Positions 50,932 to 61,065 of a stretch of DNA of 64,000 nt are shown piece by piece (position 1 is the first letter of the stretch; each line of letters begins with the position of its first letter). The notes below the pieces were generated by a model. It saw only the letters and a list, made by a program, of their open reading frames with translations. It was not told where the DNA came from and ran no database searches. A program made the translations under genes and the position numbers. The stretch is taken from the UHGV virus genome UHGV-1358930; one strand, 5' to 3'. Origin of the DNA: a virus.

Positions 50932-50936
50932 GATAA

Positions 50937-51530
50937 GTGATATATCTATACGACAAATCTATATGCGATGATCTAAGGCGATCATTCAATCCTAATAATA
51001 TGCCGAATCCCGTTGTTAAGGTTGTTGACACCTCAGACTTCTTGTCTATAGGAGCTCAAGTAAAAGACGATAAGCTTTCTTTTCCTATAGTAGGGTTGAA
51101 TCGACCGGATAACTATGAAATAGATACAGATCGTACAAATTTTACTTTGATGCATTCAGGGTGTGTAGTCGCTTTTGATGATAAAGAAAACAATCTATAC
51201 AATGAACAGGTTATTCCAATAAAACAAAATTATGATCTACATGTACTTGCAACCAATCAAGCCGATATGGACGAAATACTTCGAGAGCTGATATTCAAGT
51301 ACACTAACATGTATTTCTTGACTATAAAACTTCCATATGAAGTGAATAGGAAGATTCGTTTTGGTCTAGTGATTGATGGGCAGGTAGAACGAACGTCTGG
51401 ATATTCACAATATGCCGAATCGGGTACATTATATGAATCGGTGATTCCACTGCGAACAGAAGGACTTGTGCTAGTTAACTACAAGCCAATACGTCTAACT
51501 AGAAATGAGTATCAAATAGAGTTCAATTAA
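50937..51530 (+). CDS. Hypothetical structural-module protein
   Basis: ORF. Confidence 0.4.
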   Translation: MIYLYDKSICDDLRRSFNPNNMPNPVVKVVDTSDFLSIGAQVKDDKLSFPIVGLNRPDNYEIDTDRTNFTLMHSGCVVAFDDKENNLYNEQVIPIKQNYDLHVLATNQADMDEILRELIFKYTNMYFLTIKLPYEVNRKIRFGLVIDGQVERTSGYSQYAESGTLYESVIPLRTEGLVLVNYKPIRLTRNEYQIEFN

Positions 51531-51542
51531 GTGTAGCAAGTA

Positions 51543-51582
51543 AACGAAGACGCACATTGTGATGCGTCTTCGTTGTTTTATT
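51543..51582 (+). terminator. Rho-independent terminator (aacgaagacgca...tgcgtcttcgtt + TGTTTTATT)
   Basis: 12-bp perfect stem + T-run. Confidence 0.7.
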
Positions 51583-51637
51583 GAACTGCTATAACAGAAC
51601 CTGAACCTTGTATACTTCTAGAAAGAGGTGAATACTG

Positions 51638-51904
51638 TTGATATATTATAAGAATACATCATCTAGATCACTTACATTTTACAATGTAACTTTTGGTCCA
51701 GGGGACATCAAACCTGTTCCGGATTACATAAATAGATCATGCATGATTAGATGCGATGAACCCAAGCAAACTTCTCCTAAGCCTAAGGCCGCAGCTGAAA
51801 AGCATGCATCTACAAAATCATCTGCCGTAGTAGATGTAAAGTTCAAATCTGATAAACAAATTGAGCAAGGAGGAAATGCTAATGGCTCAGATAAATATTT
51901 CTGA
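51638..51904 (+). CDS. Hypothetical small protein (TTG start)
   Basis: ORF. Confidence 0.3.
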   Translation: MIYYKNTSSRSLTFYNVTFGPGDIKPVPDYINRSCMIRCDEPKQTSPKPKAAAEKHASTKSSAVVDVKFKSDKQIEQGGNANGSDKYF

Positions 51905-53750
51905 AATTAGTCAAAATTATAGCTATAACATTGGTACAAACACATACTGCTGTGTAGCAATGCCTATTACAGCGTGTTGGGGACCTGGGTACGTTGATCC
52001 AACGTCAGCAGGAATTACTGAAGACGAACTCATGGATGAGCTACGCTGGGAGAGATTCAACGCAACTCAGCAAGGTCTAGAAAGCTTTGTATCTACTTAC
52101 AGAGGCCCTGCGTCACTGTATAGATCTGCGAAAGATTATTCATATCAAATGGCAATGACGCTTCTTACTGCTGGATATGACGTACTTATCTGTCGTGTGT
52201 GCCCGGGTACATCTGCTCAAGGCGAGCTTAAAATTCAGGACGAGAACAAGCTCACTATCAAGGCCAAGTACGCTGGCACGTTTGGTAACAATCTTCGTTG
52301 CACATTCAAAAAGCTCAACTCTATATTCCTAGTAGATGGAAAAGCGCAGAGAGTGAACTATTGGAACTGCATTGTATATGTGCTAGATTCTTCTGGTACA
52401 AAGACAGCAGTTGAGAATCTAAGCTTTGTATTTGAGTCTAGGAATTCTAACGACTCACTATATCATATTTCTGAAATTGACTCTAATTTCATTACATTTG
52501 CCGGATACGATGAACTCAAAGATTCATTGACACTTGACGGATCTGTATCTATCGACCTTGCAAACGGTTCAGACGTTGCTAACCCTAAAACCGCACAAGA
52601 AATGATTACAGCTGCAACAGAGTTAGCAAAAACTCGTTATAGCAAAGTATATACCGATATAAGTAATGTTTCTTATCTGACAAAGCTGTCTAGCTTGAAC
52701 ATTTCTGATATAAATAAAGCTGCTGCTATTCAATATAGAGAATGGTGCTGTACTGCAGCATATTCCGTATTTGAAAAGCTCAAGGATAAGTTGTCATACA
52801 ACTACAATAGAGTAATTGTTCCAGGTTGGGATGATCAGGATTTCTCCGCTGTAGTACCTGATTACGTATACAATGATGTAGATACAAACTTCGTGCTATC
52901 TCCTCTCCATATCCGATTGATGGATGTCGCATACAACAGCCGTTGTGGCACCGCATACATTGATATCCCGAAGAGTCTTCCTAGATCTCGTGTATGGAAC
53001 GAAGACGATAGTAAGGAAGGATATGCACAGAAGCTCGCTAGATATGTACCTACAAACAACGCATACGACCTAAACGCAAGCTTGTATACTTCACATTCTG
53101 CTTTATTTGCTCCTTGGGGACATTATACATATGTCGGAACTTCCAAGCAGAACGTCGCATCTCCTTCGTTCATGGCTTTGATGATTGAAAGAGCAATGAT
53201 TCTAAATCAGGCAAGCCAGTATGAATGGGCACTACCTACAACAAGAAAACATACACTTAAGATCGGCAAGCTCGATTATAGCGTAACAAAGCATCTGCTT
53301 GATGACTGGCAGGGTGAAGAAGGCGTAGGTGTAAACGTAATCACAGATATTCCAGATATGGGTATGAGTCTGTGGGGAAATAGCACATTGTTCGAAGTTC
53401 CTGTTGGAACCTATCAAGCTCTTGCAAATCTATCAACTCGTAAGCTAATGAACGCTGTTGAAGATCAGGCATACAGATGCGGAATTAACATCACATTCCA
53501 GTACAACAACGAGCAAGCATATAGTAGTTTCTACGCTGGTATGACCCCACTGCTGGACACAATGAAAAATATCGGTGCTATCAACGACTACTACATGGTC
53601 ATGTCAGCTGATATCAACGGCACCGATAGGGTGCGCTTGAATAGTATTCTAGGTACTCTGTATTTAACAGTTTCAGGCGTGGTAAACACGATCAACTTGG
53701 ATCTTATCGCACTTCCTAGTACGGTGAATCTAGACGACTACAGGGCATAA
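51861..53750 (+). CDS. Putative virion structural protein, tail-sheath-like (629 aa)
   Basis: Size; N-terminal 'NIGTNTY..ACWGPGYVDP' loosely resembles sheath N-termini (T4 gp18 'GTAALAGKFQWGPAFQI'); followed by terminator. Confidence 0.3.
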   Translation: MSKEEMLMAQINISEISQNYSYNIGTNTYCCVAMPITACWGPGYVDPTSAGITEDELMDELRWERFNATQQGLESFVSTYRGPASLYRSAKDYSYQMAMTLLTAGYDVLICRVCPGTSAQGELKIQDENKLTIKAKYAGTFGNNLRCTFKKLNSIFLVDGKAQRVNYWNCIVYVLDSSGTKTAVENLSFVFESRNSNDSLYHISEIDSNFITFAGYDELKDSLTLDGSVSIDLANGSDVANPKTAQEMITAATELAKTRYSKVYTDISNVSYLTKLSSLNISDINKAAAIQYREWCCTAAYSVFEKLKDKLSYNYNRVIVPGWDDQDFSAVVPDYVYNDVDTNFVLSPLHIRLMDVAYNSRCGTAYIDIPKSLPRSRVWNEDDSKEGYAQKLARYVPTNNAYDLNASLYTSHSALFAPWGHYTYVGTSKQNVASPSFMALMIERAMILNQASQYEWALPTTRKHTLKIGKLDYSVTKHLLDDWQGEEGVGVNVITDIPDMGMSLWGNSTLFEVPVGTYQALANLSTRKLMNAVEDQAYRCGINITFQYNNEQAYSSFYAGMTPLLDTMKNIGAINDYYMVMSADINGTDRVRLNSILGTLYLTVSGVVNTINLDLIALPSTVNLDDYRA

Positions 53751-53773
53751 CTCATATAACAAATCGTTAAAAT

Positions 53774-53806
53774 AGACGAGGAGTCATTTCCTCGTCTATA
53801 TTTATG
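53774..53806 (+). terminator. Hairpin (agacgagga...tcctcgtct) + ATATTTAT after structural gene
   Basis: 9-bp perfect stem. Confidence 0.45.
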
Positions 53807-53822
53807 TTGAGGTAATATATTG

Positions 53823-55958
53823 ATGTCAACTAAGATATGTAAGATATGCGGTAAATCATTTGAGTCTAAGTCATCTAGACGTTCTGTTTGCTATGAGGAT
53901 CATTATCATCCTTGTCCTGTTTGTGGTAAACTAACTATAGGAAATGATATGCAACATTTGAATTCTTGCTGCTCAATCGAGTGTTCTAGGAAGAAAGCGT
54001 CTGATACTACGCATGAAACATACGATGAATGGCCTTCCAATTCTAGTAGTGCGAAGCAAAAGAGAGCAGAAACTAATGTGCAGAAATATGGAGTCGATAA
54101 TCCTTCTAAGCTACCTGATGTGAAATCGCAGATATCTAGTAGTTTGAAAGCTACGTGGCAAACTCAAAAAGATAACATACTATCCAAAACTGAACAAACT
54201 TGCTTAGACAAGTACGGTCAAACACACTACATGAAATCTGATGAAGGCAAACAACACGTATCTGATGTATTTACTGAAAAGTATGGAGTTAAAACCAGCT
54301 TGCTGTCCGATATTGTGAGAGATAAGATAGAGAAAACCAACCTGGAAAAATATGGATCTGCGAATCCACTTTCATCTGCAGATATACGAGACAAAGTAAA
54401 GCAGACCAATATGCTTCGATACGGATATCAATACTCTGCTAGTTCACCAGAAATTAGAGAAAAGATGAAATCTACTATGGTGAAACGATACGGTGTGAAA
54501 TATCCGCTTCAGTCTGATGTGATATTGAAACGTGCCAAGGAAACATTCTCAAGTCATATGGAGTCAGAATCGTTTAGGCAGCAGAGGCAAGAGAATACAG
54601 AAGCTACTAACATGGCTCGATATGGGACTAAATCTGCAATGTCGAACATCGAAATTCAAGCACGCATTCAGTTCACTAATTTATCTCGATATGGTGTAGC
54701 AAGCTATACAGCTTCTGACGATTTCAAACAAAAACGCCTGAAAACTTTCAAGATAAAATATGGATCAGATAATCCGATGAAGTCTGAAGCAGTCAAACAA
54801 CGATTATCGGAAACGATGAAATCTAGATACGGTGTTCAACATGCAAGTCAACTGAACATGCCTGATATATCTAAAATTGACGAGTTGATTAAGTTTAGGT
54901 CAGATCCTGCTCAATACATATCTTCATTACCCGAAAGCGAAAGAACAGAATCAATCATAGCTGATAAACTTGGTGTCACTTCAAGCGCTGTTTCTAACTA
55001 TGTTGTACAAGATAATCTCCATCATCTAGTAAGTTATAGCAAAAGCACCGTGGAAGATGAAGTTGCTAATTTTTTGAGTCAGAACAATGTCAGTTTCCTT
55101 CGTAACTGTAGATCTGTCATATCTCCGTATGAACTCGATTTTTATTTACCTGATAGACAGTTAGCTATTGAATGCAATCCGACGGTAACGCATAACTCTT
55201 CATTTCATGATCCGTGGAATGGCAATGCGAAATCCCCTTCATACCACAAAATGAAAACAGATATGTGCGAGAATGACGGCATATTTCTATTTCATATTTT
55301 TGGCTATGAATGGACGTATAGAAAAAATATAATATTATCTATGTTGTCTTCCTTACTACATAGATCCAGTCGAAAAATCTACGCCAGAAACACATATGTG
55401 GCTGAAATTGATCCAGCAGAATGCGCTGAATTTTTAGAATCTAATCATAGACAAGGCGGAAGATTGTCAGCAAGTATTCGATTAGGACTGAGATCTAAGG
55501 ACACCAATGAGTTAGTATCTGTAATGACATTCAACAAAATTAGAAATACTATCGGATATACAGGTCAAGCAGGTGTAGAACTATCTAGATTCTGTTCTTC
55601 ACTCAACACGTCAGTTGTAGGAGGAGCCAGTAAGCTTTTTACACATTATCTGAACAACATACATTCCGATGAATTAGGTAAAATTATTTCGTTTTCTGAT
55701 AGAGCACATACACGAGGTAACTTATATTCAAAGTTAGGATTTGTACCTGTTAATGTATCAAATCCAGGATACGTCTGGGTAAGTATGGTAGATGATTCAT
55801 ATTACAATAGAGTATCTTGTCAGAAACGTAATTTACAGAAGCTGTTTAACGATACTCGTATAGACGTTGATAATCAAACAGAACGTCAGATAATGGAATC
55901 TCATGGCTATGCTCAGGTGTTTGATTCTGGAACAATCAGATGGGAATACCTTAACTGA
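53823..55958 (+). CDS. Modular protein A: N-terminal Cys-rich Zn-ribbon, ~9 tandem NUMOD3-like 'RYG..P..S.E(V/I)..K...T' repeats, Vsr/DUF559-like PD-(D/E)xK domain, C-terminal GNAT-like domain
   Basis: 'CKICGK...CPVCGK...CCSIEC'; repeats KYGVDNPSKLPDVKSQ..; 'LDFYLPDRQLAIECNPTVTHN'; 'VVGGASKLF...LYSKLGFV'. Confidence 0.55.
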   Translation: MSTKICKICGKSFESKSSRRSVCYEDHYHPCPVCGKLTIGNDMQHLNSCCSIECSRKKASDTTHETYDEWPSNSSSAKQKRAETNVQKYGVDNPSKLPDVKSQISSSLKATWQTQKDNILSKTEQTCLDKYGQTHYMKSDEGKQHVSDVFTEKYGVKTSLLSDIVRDKIEKTNLEKYGSANPLSSADIRDKVKQTNMLRYGYQYSASSPEIREKMKSTMVKRYGVKYPLQSDVILKRAKETFSSHMESESFRQQRQENTEATNMARYGTKSAMSNIEIQARIQFTNLSRYGVASYTASDDFKQKRLKTFKIKYGSDNPMKSEAVKQRLSETMKSRYGVQHASQLNMPDISKIDELIKFRSDPAQYISSLPESERTESIIADKLGVTSSAVSNYVVQDNLHHLVSYSKSTVEDEVANFLSQNNVSFLRNCRSVISPYELDFYLPDRQLAIECNPTVTHNSSFHDPWNGNAKSPSYHKMKTDMCENDGIFLFHIFGYEWTYRKNIILSMLSSLLHRSSRKIYARNTYVAEIDPAECAEFLESNHRQGGRLSASIRLGLRSKDTNELVSVMTFNKIRNTIGYTGQAGVELSRFCSSLNTSVVGGASKLFTHYLNNIHSDELGKIISFSDRAHTRGNLYSKLGFVPVNVSNPGYVWVSMVDDSYYNRVSCQKRNLQKLFNDTRIDVDNQTERQIMESHGYAQVFDSGTIRWEYLN

Positions 55959-56011
55959 GTAAATCAGAATCGTTAAATAATTTGATAAGTCACATACAAG
56001 GAGAATACAAA

Positions 56012-56392
56012 ATGCTAGACGTTGCAACGCTTCAAGGATTTCTGTCACCTTCTGGAGAATTTTATGAATGTGATACATACGGTCATTGTGAATTAGCAAA
56101 GCAGATTATCAAGTCAATGAATCGTTACTCTGTAGATGCAATCAAAACAATGTGTCATGAGAATGTGCTGTTAAAGCATGGATGGGTATGTGTACGAGCA
56201 AGAGATGTCTATAAATCTGCGTTTGATGAAAATAAAAATTACTTGCCTATATCAAATGAGCAGCAATCATGGTTCGAAGCCAACTACAACAACTTAACAA
56301 AATATCAGAATTCAGACATATACGAAATAGTAAAAGATTTCGGAGATGCTCGCCATTATAGAAAAGCTATAAAATCTGCGGAGGTGACGTAA
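56012..56392 (+). CDS. Hypothetical protein
   Basis: SD AAGGAG; ORF 55982..56392. Confidence 0.4.
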   Translation: MLDVATLQGFLSPSGEFYECDTYGHCELAKQIIKSMNRYSVDAIKTMCHENVLLKHGWVCVRARDVYKSAFDENKNYLPISNEQQSWFEANYNNLTKYQNSDIYEIVKDFGDARHYRKAIKSAEVT

Positions 56393-56393
56393 A

Positions 56394-56594
56394 TTGAGTA
56401 TCTACGATTTTGAGTTGAGGAAATCGGATGTAGCGTCTGTGATGAAGGAGATAATGGACGAAGAATACAGACAGCATGCTAGAACCTGTGCGCAAATGAC
56501 GAATGTGGAAAGGTTAAATAACATCCAATATTTATCGGGTATGAAATACATGGTGACTGAAACTTTAGTACGATTGGAGCATAAACATGCTTGA
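56394..56594 (+). CDS. Hypothetical small protein
   Basis: ORF. Confidence 0.3.
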   Translation: MSIYDFELRKSDVASVMKEIMDEEYRQHARTCAQMTNVERLNNIQYLSGMKYMVTETLVRLEHKHA

Positions 56595-56635
56595 GTGCGC
56601 TATTCTATCAATAATTGGAGTTATCTCAATAGTGT

Positions 56636-56935
56636 GTGTCTCGTACATCGTTGAATATATCTTACATTGGTTACGAAACAATAACAATGCTTACAGACCA
56701 ATTCAGATTCGAAAATCTGATGAGATATTGGAGAAAAGATGGCATGACTGTATTTGATTTGCTTGTCTACAGCAAGAATGTTTATGATGTAGACTTTATA
56801 GACACTGAAGGAGCCATTTTAGATAAAATGAGCATTGCAAAAGCGATTGCAAGTAAATATTCAAATATGTCAGTAATTGAATACACGCCTTCTCTACTCT
56901 GTAATGGATCAATTGAGCTAATCATATGCGTGTAA
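56636..56935 (+). CDS. Hypothetical small protein
   Basis: ORF. Confidence 0.3.
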   Translation: MSRTSLNISYIGYETITMLTDQFRFENLMRYWRKDGMTVFDLLVYSKNVYDVDFIDTEGAILDKMSIAKAIASKYSNMSVIEYTPSLLCNGSIELIICV

Positions 56936-56944
56936 GGAGAATGT

Positions 56945-57154
56945 ATGAAAATTCCTAACTATGTACTAGATCTGATCGTAAAAAGACAGAGATACGTTGA
57001 AAAAGCCTTGGATGCAGCTTACTCTCTTCAAGAATGGCTTGACAAGAATGAAATATACGTTGAAGGATGTGATGAGATTGGAGGAACAGAAATGTTTTTA
57101 AGTCCAAATGAATCTGCACGCAGAGTTATGAATGCAATCTTAGAGAAGGAGTAA
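56945..57154 (+). CDS. Hypothetical small protein
   Basis: SD AAGGAG. Confidence 0.35.
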   Translation: MKIPNYVLDLIVKRQRYVEKALDAAYSLQEWLDKNEIYVEGCDEIGGTEMFLSPNESARRVMNAILEKE

Positions 57155-57238
57155 TTAGATTGAATTTCATGCACAGTTTTAGCTATCCTCCATGTAACAG
57201 ATATTTCTACGAGGATACATTGAGCAAGGAGGAAGTAA

Positions 57239-57535
57239 TTGATGATTGAAATTGAGTCGCTCATAGTAAACACATTCAAATGTTTTGGAATAGAATTCAA
57301 GCAAATAAATTATAATTCATTTGAAGACGTAATTGAAATCAAAGTTACTGTTCCCAAAGATAGCGAAATTAAACATTCAAACGGAAACAGCATGGCTGGA
57401 AAATTTCTAGCTAAATTATTACGAGATAAAATTAGAGCACGTGGAGCTAATTGCAGAGTAGCATACAAAGAAAGAGACGAAACTTGGAATGAATTCAAAT
57501 ACGAGAAGATGCGTAAGGAGGTTTACGGTGTTTGA
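57239..57535 (+). CDS. Hypothetical small protein
   Basis: SD AAGGAGG. Confidence 0.35.
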   Translation: MMIEIESLIVNTFKCFGIEFKQINYNSFEDVIEIKVTVPKDSEIKHSNGNSMAGKFLAKLLRDKIRARGANCRVAYKERDETWNEFKYEKMRKEVYGV

Positions 57536-57712
57536 ATATAGATATTGTTTCTTTGAAGCAGAAAGTTTTAAGGTTGAGGAATTAGTTGATTCCGAAACAA
57601 ATGAATCAGAATTTGCATTTTACGCTAATAACAAAATACTTTTTATCACAGACAAATACGGGATAAGAGAGATTTGGAATCAGCTAGATTACTTGCTAAG
57701 AGAGGTTGAATA

Positions 57713-58081
57713 ATGGGATTATTTGATAAGAAAGGAACAGTCGTATTTGATTTCGATGGAGTAATCCATTCTTATGCATCAGGTTGGCAAGGTGAAGGTG
57801 TAGCAAATGATCCTATTGTTCCAGGAATGGCGGAGGAGCTAAAAAGAATATATAATGATGGATACAAAGTAGTTGTCGTATCAGCCAGGTGCACTTCAAG
57901 AGAAGGAATGGACTGCGTAAATGATTATCTATTAAATCACGGTGTTCTTAAGTACGTAGACCTGATTACTGCAAAGAAACCACCTGCAATATGCTACATT
58001 GATGACAGAGCTATTTGTTTTGATGGTCATCCTGAAGGGCTTCTTGAGAAGATTCAAAATTTCAAACCATGGAACAAATAA
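57713..58081 (+). CDS. HAD-superfamily phosphatase (5'(3')-deoxyribonucleotidase-like)
   Basis: 'VVFDFDGVIHSY' DxDGV motif; 'KVVVVSAR'. Confidence 0.5.
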   Translation: MGLFDKKGTVVFDFDGVIHSYASGWQGEGVANDPIVPGMAEELKRIYNDGYKVVVVSARCTSREGMDCVNDYLLNHGVLKYVDLITAKKPPAICYIDDRAICFDGHPEGLLEKIQNFKPWNK

Positions 58082-58156
58082 AGGCGTCAGAAATATTCTG
58101 ACGCTTTCTATGCGCAACCTATATTATCATCAGGTATACGAATAGTAGGATGATAT

Positions 58157-58591
58157 TTGAAACGATATGTAAAATGCGACAGCTCAAACTTATCTAACAC
58201 TAAATTTATTCTCAGCTCTGGTTCTGTAGATTCATATGAAGATGAGTATGCAGACGATCTGGAATCTGAAATGACATTTGCTGACTGGTATGATTCCGAT
58301 ATCTGCATGGATGACCAAAACAAATTTATAGATATATTAGAATCTAAAGTTCGTTCTGAATATGATGTATCTGAATGGTTTGATGAACCTTCAGTTCAAG
58401 GGCTACGTGGAGACGACTATATTCTAATAACTTTAAGTTCCGGAGATATATATTCATATAGTTTCGATTTCACAGAAGAGCTGGAAACAATCTATACAGA
58501 GGGTCCTGAAGCTGCCGCAAACTACTACTTCAAACAAATAAAAGAGGGAATCGATTCAGGATCAGCATTGGTACCAGATACTACTCTCTAA
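58157..58591 (+). CDS. Hypothetical acidic protein
   Basis: ORF. Confidence 0.35.
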   Translation: MKRYVKCDSSNLSNTKFILSSGSVDSYEDEYADDLESEMTFADWYDSDICMDDQNKFIDILESKVRSEYDVSEWFDEPSVQGLRGDDYILITLSSGDIYSYSFDFTEELETIYTEGPEAAANYYFKQIKEGIDSGSALVPDTTL

Positions 58592-58609
58592 TCAAATCAT
58601 ATAAACAAA

Positions 58610-58646
58610 AGAGCAGGCAACGATTGTCTGCTCTGTTTTGCTGTTT
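58610..58646. terminator. Bidirectional terminator between convergent genes (agagcag...ctgctct + GTTTTGCTGTTT)
   Basis: 7-bp stem, T-rich 3'. Confidence 0.5.
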
Positions 58647-60303
58647 ACCTGAACTCGTATACAAGCTGACCACAATCATATACAGGAAGCCATCCATGTT
58701 CAATCATGAGCTCATCGTTTGATACACCTTTACCAAAATTAGTTCCAAACAGCTGGTCATAACCTCTTTGTCGAAGAAGATTGGCAGTTATTTTATTCTT
58801 TCCTTTTGACCAAACCTCTTGAGGAGGAGTTGTTCTAACTAACGTCATTCCAATCTTTTCATAAACATTTCCTAAAAACTTAGACCTATCACAGTAAGAT
58901 ATTATACTAGATACTCCAAAGTTTTCAGTAGCAAATTTGAAAAGCTTAGACGCACCTCCTACAACATTGTATCCAGGAAGAGAACATAGCCTAAGTAACT
59001 CTACATCATGCGTCTTGTCGTATCTGGATTTACCAAATGTCATAACCTGATACAGTACATTATCTTTAACTAGACCTAAGCAAAGCAGCTGCCCTCTACA
59101 AGTTCCTTGAAAATGATACTTTGACAAAAATTCGTCTGCAACTTTCGTATTAAGCTTGTATATCGATAAATTCCTGGCAAACACAGATTTTCTTTTACAG
59201 AGAGACTGAATTATTTTATCTGAATCATCCCAGTCAAATATATGAATACATCTGTATCCAGATTCTTCAGCAATCCGAGATTTATCTCTATGATAGCTAA
59301 TTTTAACACCAGGTCCTCCCCATGGATTTTTCAAAGCATTATGAGTGTAAGATGGATCAATCTCAATCAATGTCTTTTCATCATTTAACGCAATGTCGAA
59401 GAATTTTCCATCTAGATAAAATTCAAAGCTACTATCTATTCCAGATGCTAAAAGCTTGTCATGAAATGTTACAGCTATCTTTGAAATCTTACTTATACTC
59501 TCTTGAGCTGAAGGTACAAGACATCCATACGGAACTCCATACTTCTGTATACAACTTTCTTTTGCTTTCTTCATCAATTCTGATGGATGAGACGGATCAT
59601 CTACACCATATCTAGATAAAAAAGTTGATTTTGCTTTATCATCAATCTCTTTGGGCCAAAATTCACCGTAGTTCTCTATTCTTGTTTTTATCGCAGACAT
59701 ACACACATCTTTATCTTTCATAGCGTTAGAGAACCCATATTTATCTAAACATGCTTCCTCCATTTTCTTCTTAAACAATTCAATCTTCATTGGATTGCTA
59801 TTTCCATATTTCGACGACATCGTCAACTCAATCTTTTTTCTTAATTCTTCAGATTGCATAGATGTAGGAGCGCCATATCGTTCTGTCATCGTTTGCTTTA
59901 TTTTATCACGAACCTCAGAAGATCCTAAAGCCCAATCTGAACCAAATTTATCCCTATTCGTTTTCATTGCTTTTTGTTTTATCTCATCGGATTTAAGCGG
60001 AGAATCTACACCATATTTATCTAGCATTGCTTGCTTGTGATGCATCTGAACGTCTTTGTTTTGCATCGGATGTTCACATCCATATTTGATAATGTTGTTA
60101 CGTCGGGTTTGTTCCTTCTTACATTCTCTGCTACACGGTTCTATTTTTCTAGTTGTGTTCCATATCATCGGCTTACCGCATATAGGACAGGTAGATACAT
60201 GAGATTTAGAACAAATACGTGACGAAGGCGCATCTGGTAAAAATAACTCTCCACATATTGCACATGGTTTCAACTTTTTAGGCTTGCTGTATCTTGGATT
60301 CAT
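58645..60303 (-). CDS. Modular protein B (paralog of A): Zn-ribbon, ~9 NUMOD3-like RYG repeats, Vsr-like domain, GNAT-like C-terminus
   Basis: 'CAICGELF...CPICGKPM...CSRECKKE'; 'LIEIDPSYTHN'; 'VVGGASKLF...VYEKIGMT' collinear with protein A. Confidence 0.55.
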   Translation of the reverse strand: MNPRYSKPKKLKPCAICGELFLPDAPSSRICSKSHVSTCPICGKPMIWNTTRKIEPCSRECKKEQTRRNNIIKYGCEHPMQNKDVQMHHKQAMLDKYGVDSPLKSDEIKQKAMKTNRDKFGSDWALGSSEVRDKIKQTMTERYGAPTSMQSEELRKKIELTMSSKYGNSNPMKIELFKKKMEEACLDKYGFSNAMKDKDVCMSAIKTRIENYGEFWPKEIDDKAKSTFLSRYGVDDPSHPSELMKKAKESCIQKYGVPYGCLVPSAQESISKISKIAVTFHDKLLASGIDSSFEFYLDGKFFDIALNDEKTLIEIDPSYTHNALKNPWGGPGVKISYHRDKSRIAEESGYRCIHIFDWDDSDKIIQSLCKRKSVFARNLSIYKLNTKVADEFLSKYHFQGTCRGQLLCLGLVKDNVLYQVMTFGKSRYDKTHDVELLRLCSLPGYNVVGGASKLFKFATENFGVSSIISYCDRSKFLGNVYEKIGMTLVRTTPPQEVWSKGKNKITANLLRQRGYDQLFGTNFGKGVSNDELMIEHGWLPVYDCGQLVYEFR

Positions 60304-60420
60304 ACCATAAACTTCTCCTTCAATGTTGTTGTTTAATTATAAAGTAGATTCTGTGATTTGTCAATAGTTTAGCACCTTTTATTTTTCTAGACAGTCAAAA
60401 AAAATATAGTTAACATTGAG

Positions 60421-60984
60421 GTGTATTATATGTTTAAGCCTTTGAAGCTAGGTACAAACCACATGCTTGGGCAAGATTCATACGTGCCATTGACAACTAA
60501 TAACTTTGAAATTAGAATATATGGAATGGACGGAAGTGCTCCAAGCGAATTTGCAGACCTCTTAACATTATCAACAGATGAAGTAGGAGAAATTCAAGAA
60601 GACCAGGATTCAATCACAGTACATTATGGAAACGGCCTAATCAAATTCCCGAGTAAGGTTGATTACGCAGATGTAGATTGGACATTAAATTGCTACTGCA
60701 GTCCTAATGTACTTGAGGCTCTTAGAGAATGGAGACGTCAAGTCTACGATCCCGATTCAGAAAGGATGGGACTGCCGTCTGAATACATGAGACAGGTATA
60801 TTTCATAAAATATGATGGTCAGGGAAACGTAAGAGACGTCATTAGATGCCCGGGAACATGGATCAAAGGCCTCCGCAACGGTACCCACACCCAGTCCGGA
60901 GGAGATGTCGTGAAGGTCCAAACGACGCTAGTTATTTCTAAAGCAATTTATCTTAGACCTTCTGAATTCAATCAAGGAAAGTAA
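60421..60984 (+). CDS. Hypothetical protein (187 aa)
   Basis: ORF. Confidence 0.4.
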   Translation: MYYMFKPLKLGTNHMLGQDSYVPLTTNNFEIRIYGMDGSAPSEFADLLTLSTDEVGEIQEDQDSITVHYGNGLIKFPSKVDYADVDWTLNCYCSPNVLEALREWRRQVYDPDSERMGLPSEYMRQVYFIKYDGQGNVRDVIRCPGTWIKGLRNGTHTQSGGDVVKVQTTLVISKAIYLRPSEFNQGK

Positions 60985-61065
60985 TCGGCAATTTACCAAA
61001 TAAGAGCAACCCTTCTAAAGTTATATTACATCAATCGTTAATATAATTGTAGGAGGGTTAATTTT

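Noticed and set aside
51861-53750. Calling the 629-aa protein the major capsid protein
   Set aside because: No capsid-fold signature is recognisable. The size and N-terminal WGP-containing segment fit a tail sheath at least as well. Left as a generic structural protein.
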